This document shows positions 63,881 through 64,000 of a stretch of DNA of 64,000 nucleotides, in pieces. The translations under genes were made by a program, and so were the position numbers. The stretch comes from Callorhinchus milii. Lineage: Eukaryota. Each line of letters begins with the position of its first letter. Within the stretch, counting starts at the first letter, position 1. Location of the stretch: assembly GCF_018977255.1 (NCBI RefSeq), contig NW_024704743.1, forward strand, positions 23,562,001 through 23,626,000. Direction: 5' to 3'. The notes under the pieces are model-generated. The model was not told the origin of the DNA, did not search any database, and worked only from the letters and a program-made list of their open reading frames with translations.

Positions 63881-64000
63881 CCTTGCTGTACAGACTATGT
63901 AAATCTATGTTCTTCATGCAACATGTTGGCAGGATATTTGAATCCAAAAGGCATCAAAGCAAAGCCTGATCTTGTCCTTTCTTGGGTCCCTGAAATTCTC

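Noticed and set aside
15747..64000. CTNND2 exon 3 (ELQFERLTRELE...)
   Set aside because: Not seen in the ORF track or by eye; probably lies beyond the window.

Overview
Vertebrate genomic DNA; the repeat content (DeuSINE-like SINEs, L2, CR1 with (CATAGAAT)n tail, Penelope) points to a cartilaginous fish, though the species cannot be fixed from sequence alone. The only host coding sequence I can support is a 128-nt exon at 15619-15746 (+) matching delta-catenin (CTNND2) exon 2, so the window is most likely the end of intron 1 plus about 48 kb of intron 2. The rest is retroelement-rich intron: many L2 3' fragments, CR1 fragments, a young tRNA(Ala)-derived SINE sharing its 3' stem-loop with L2, older full-length DeuSINE-like copies, and a decayed Penelope-like GIY-YIG element. 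Nearly all ORFs in the track are repeat-derived or spurious. I see no evidence for a new protein-coding system. The best candidates for something less described are small: hammerhead-ribozyme motifs in Penelope termini (including a 159-bp insert with a 14-bp target-site duplication), a composite SINE present twice with the same junction, ~55-70-bp L2 tails inserted into SINEs, fold-back 5' junctions, and a small MITE-like family. Boundaries of degraded repeats are approximate, and family names come from recall, not from database searches.
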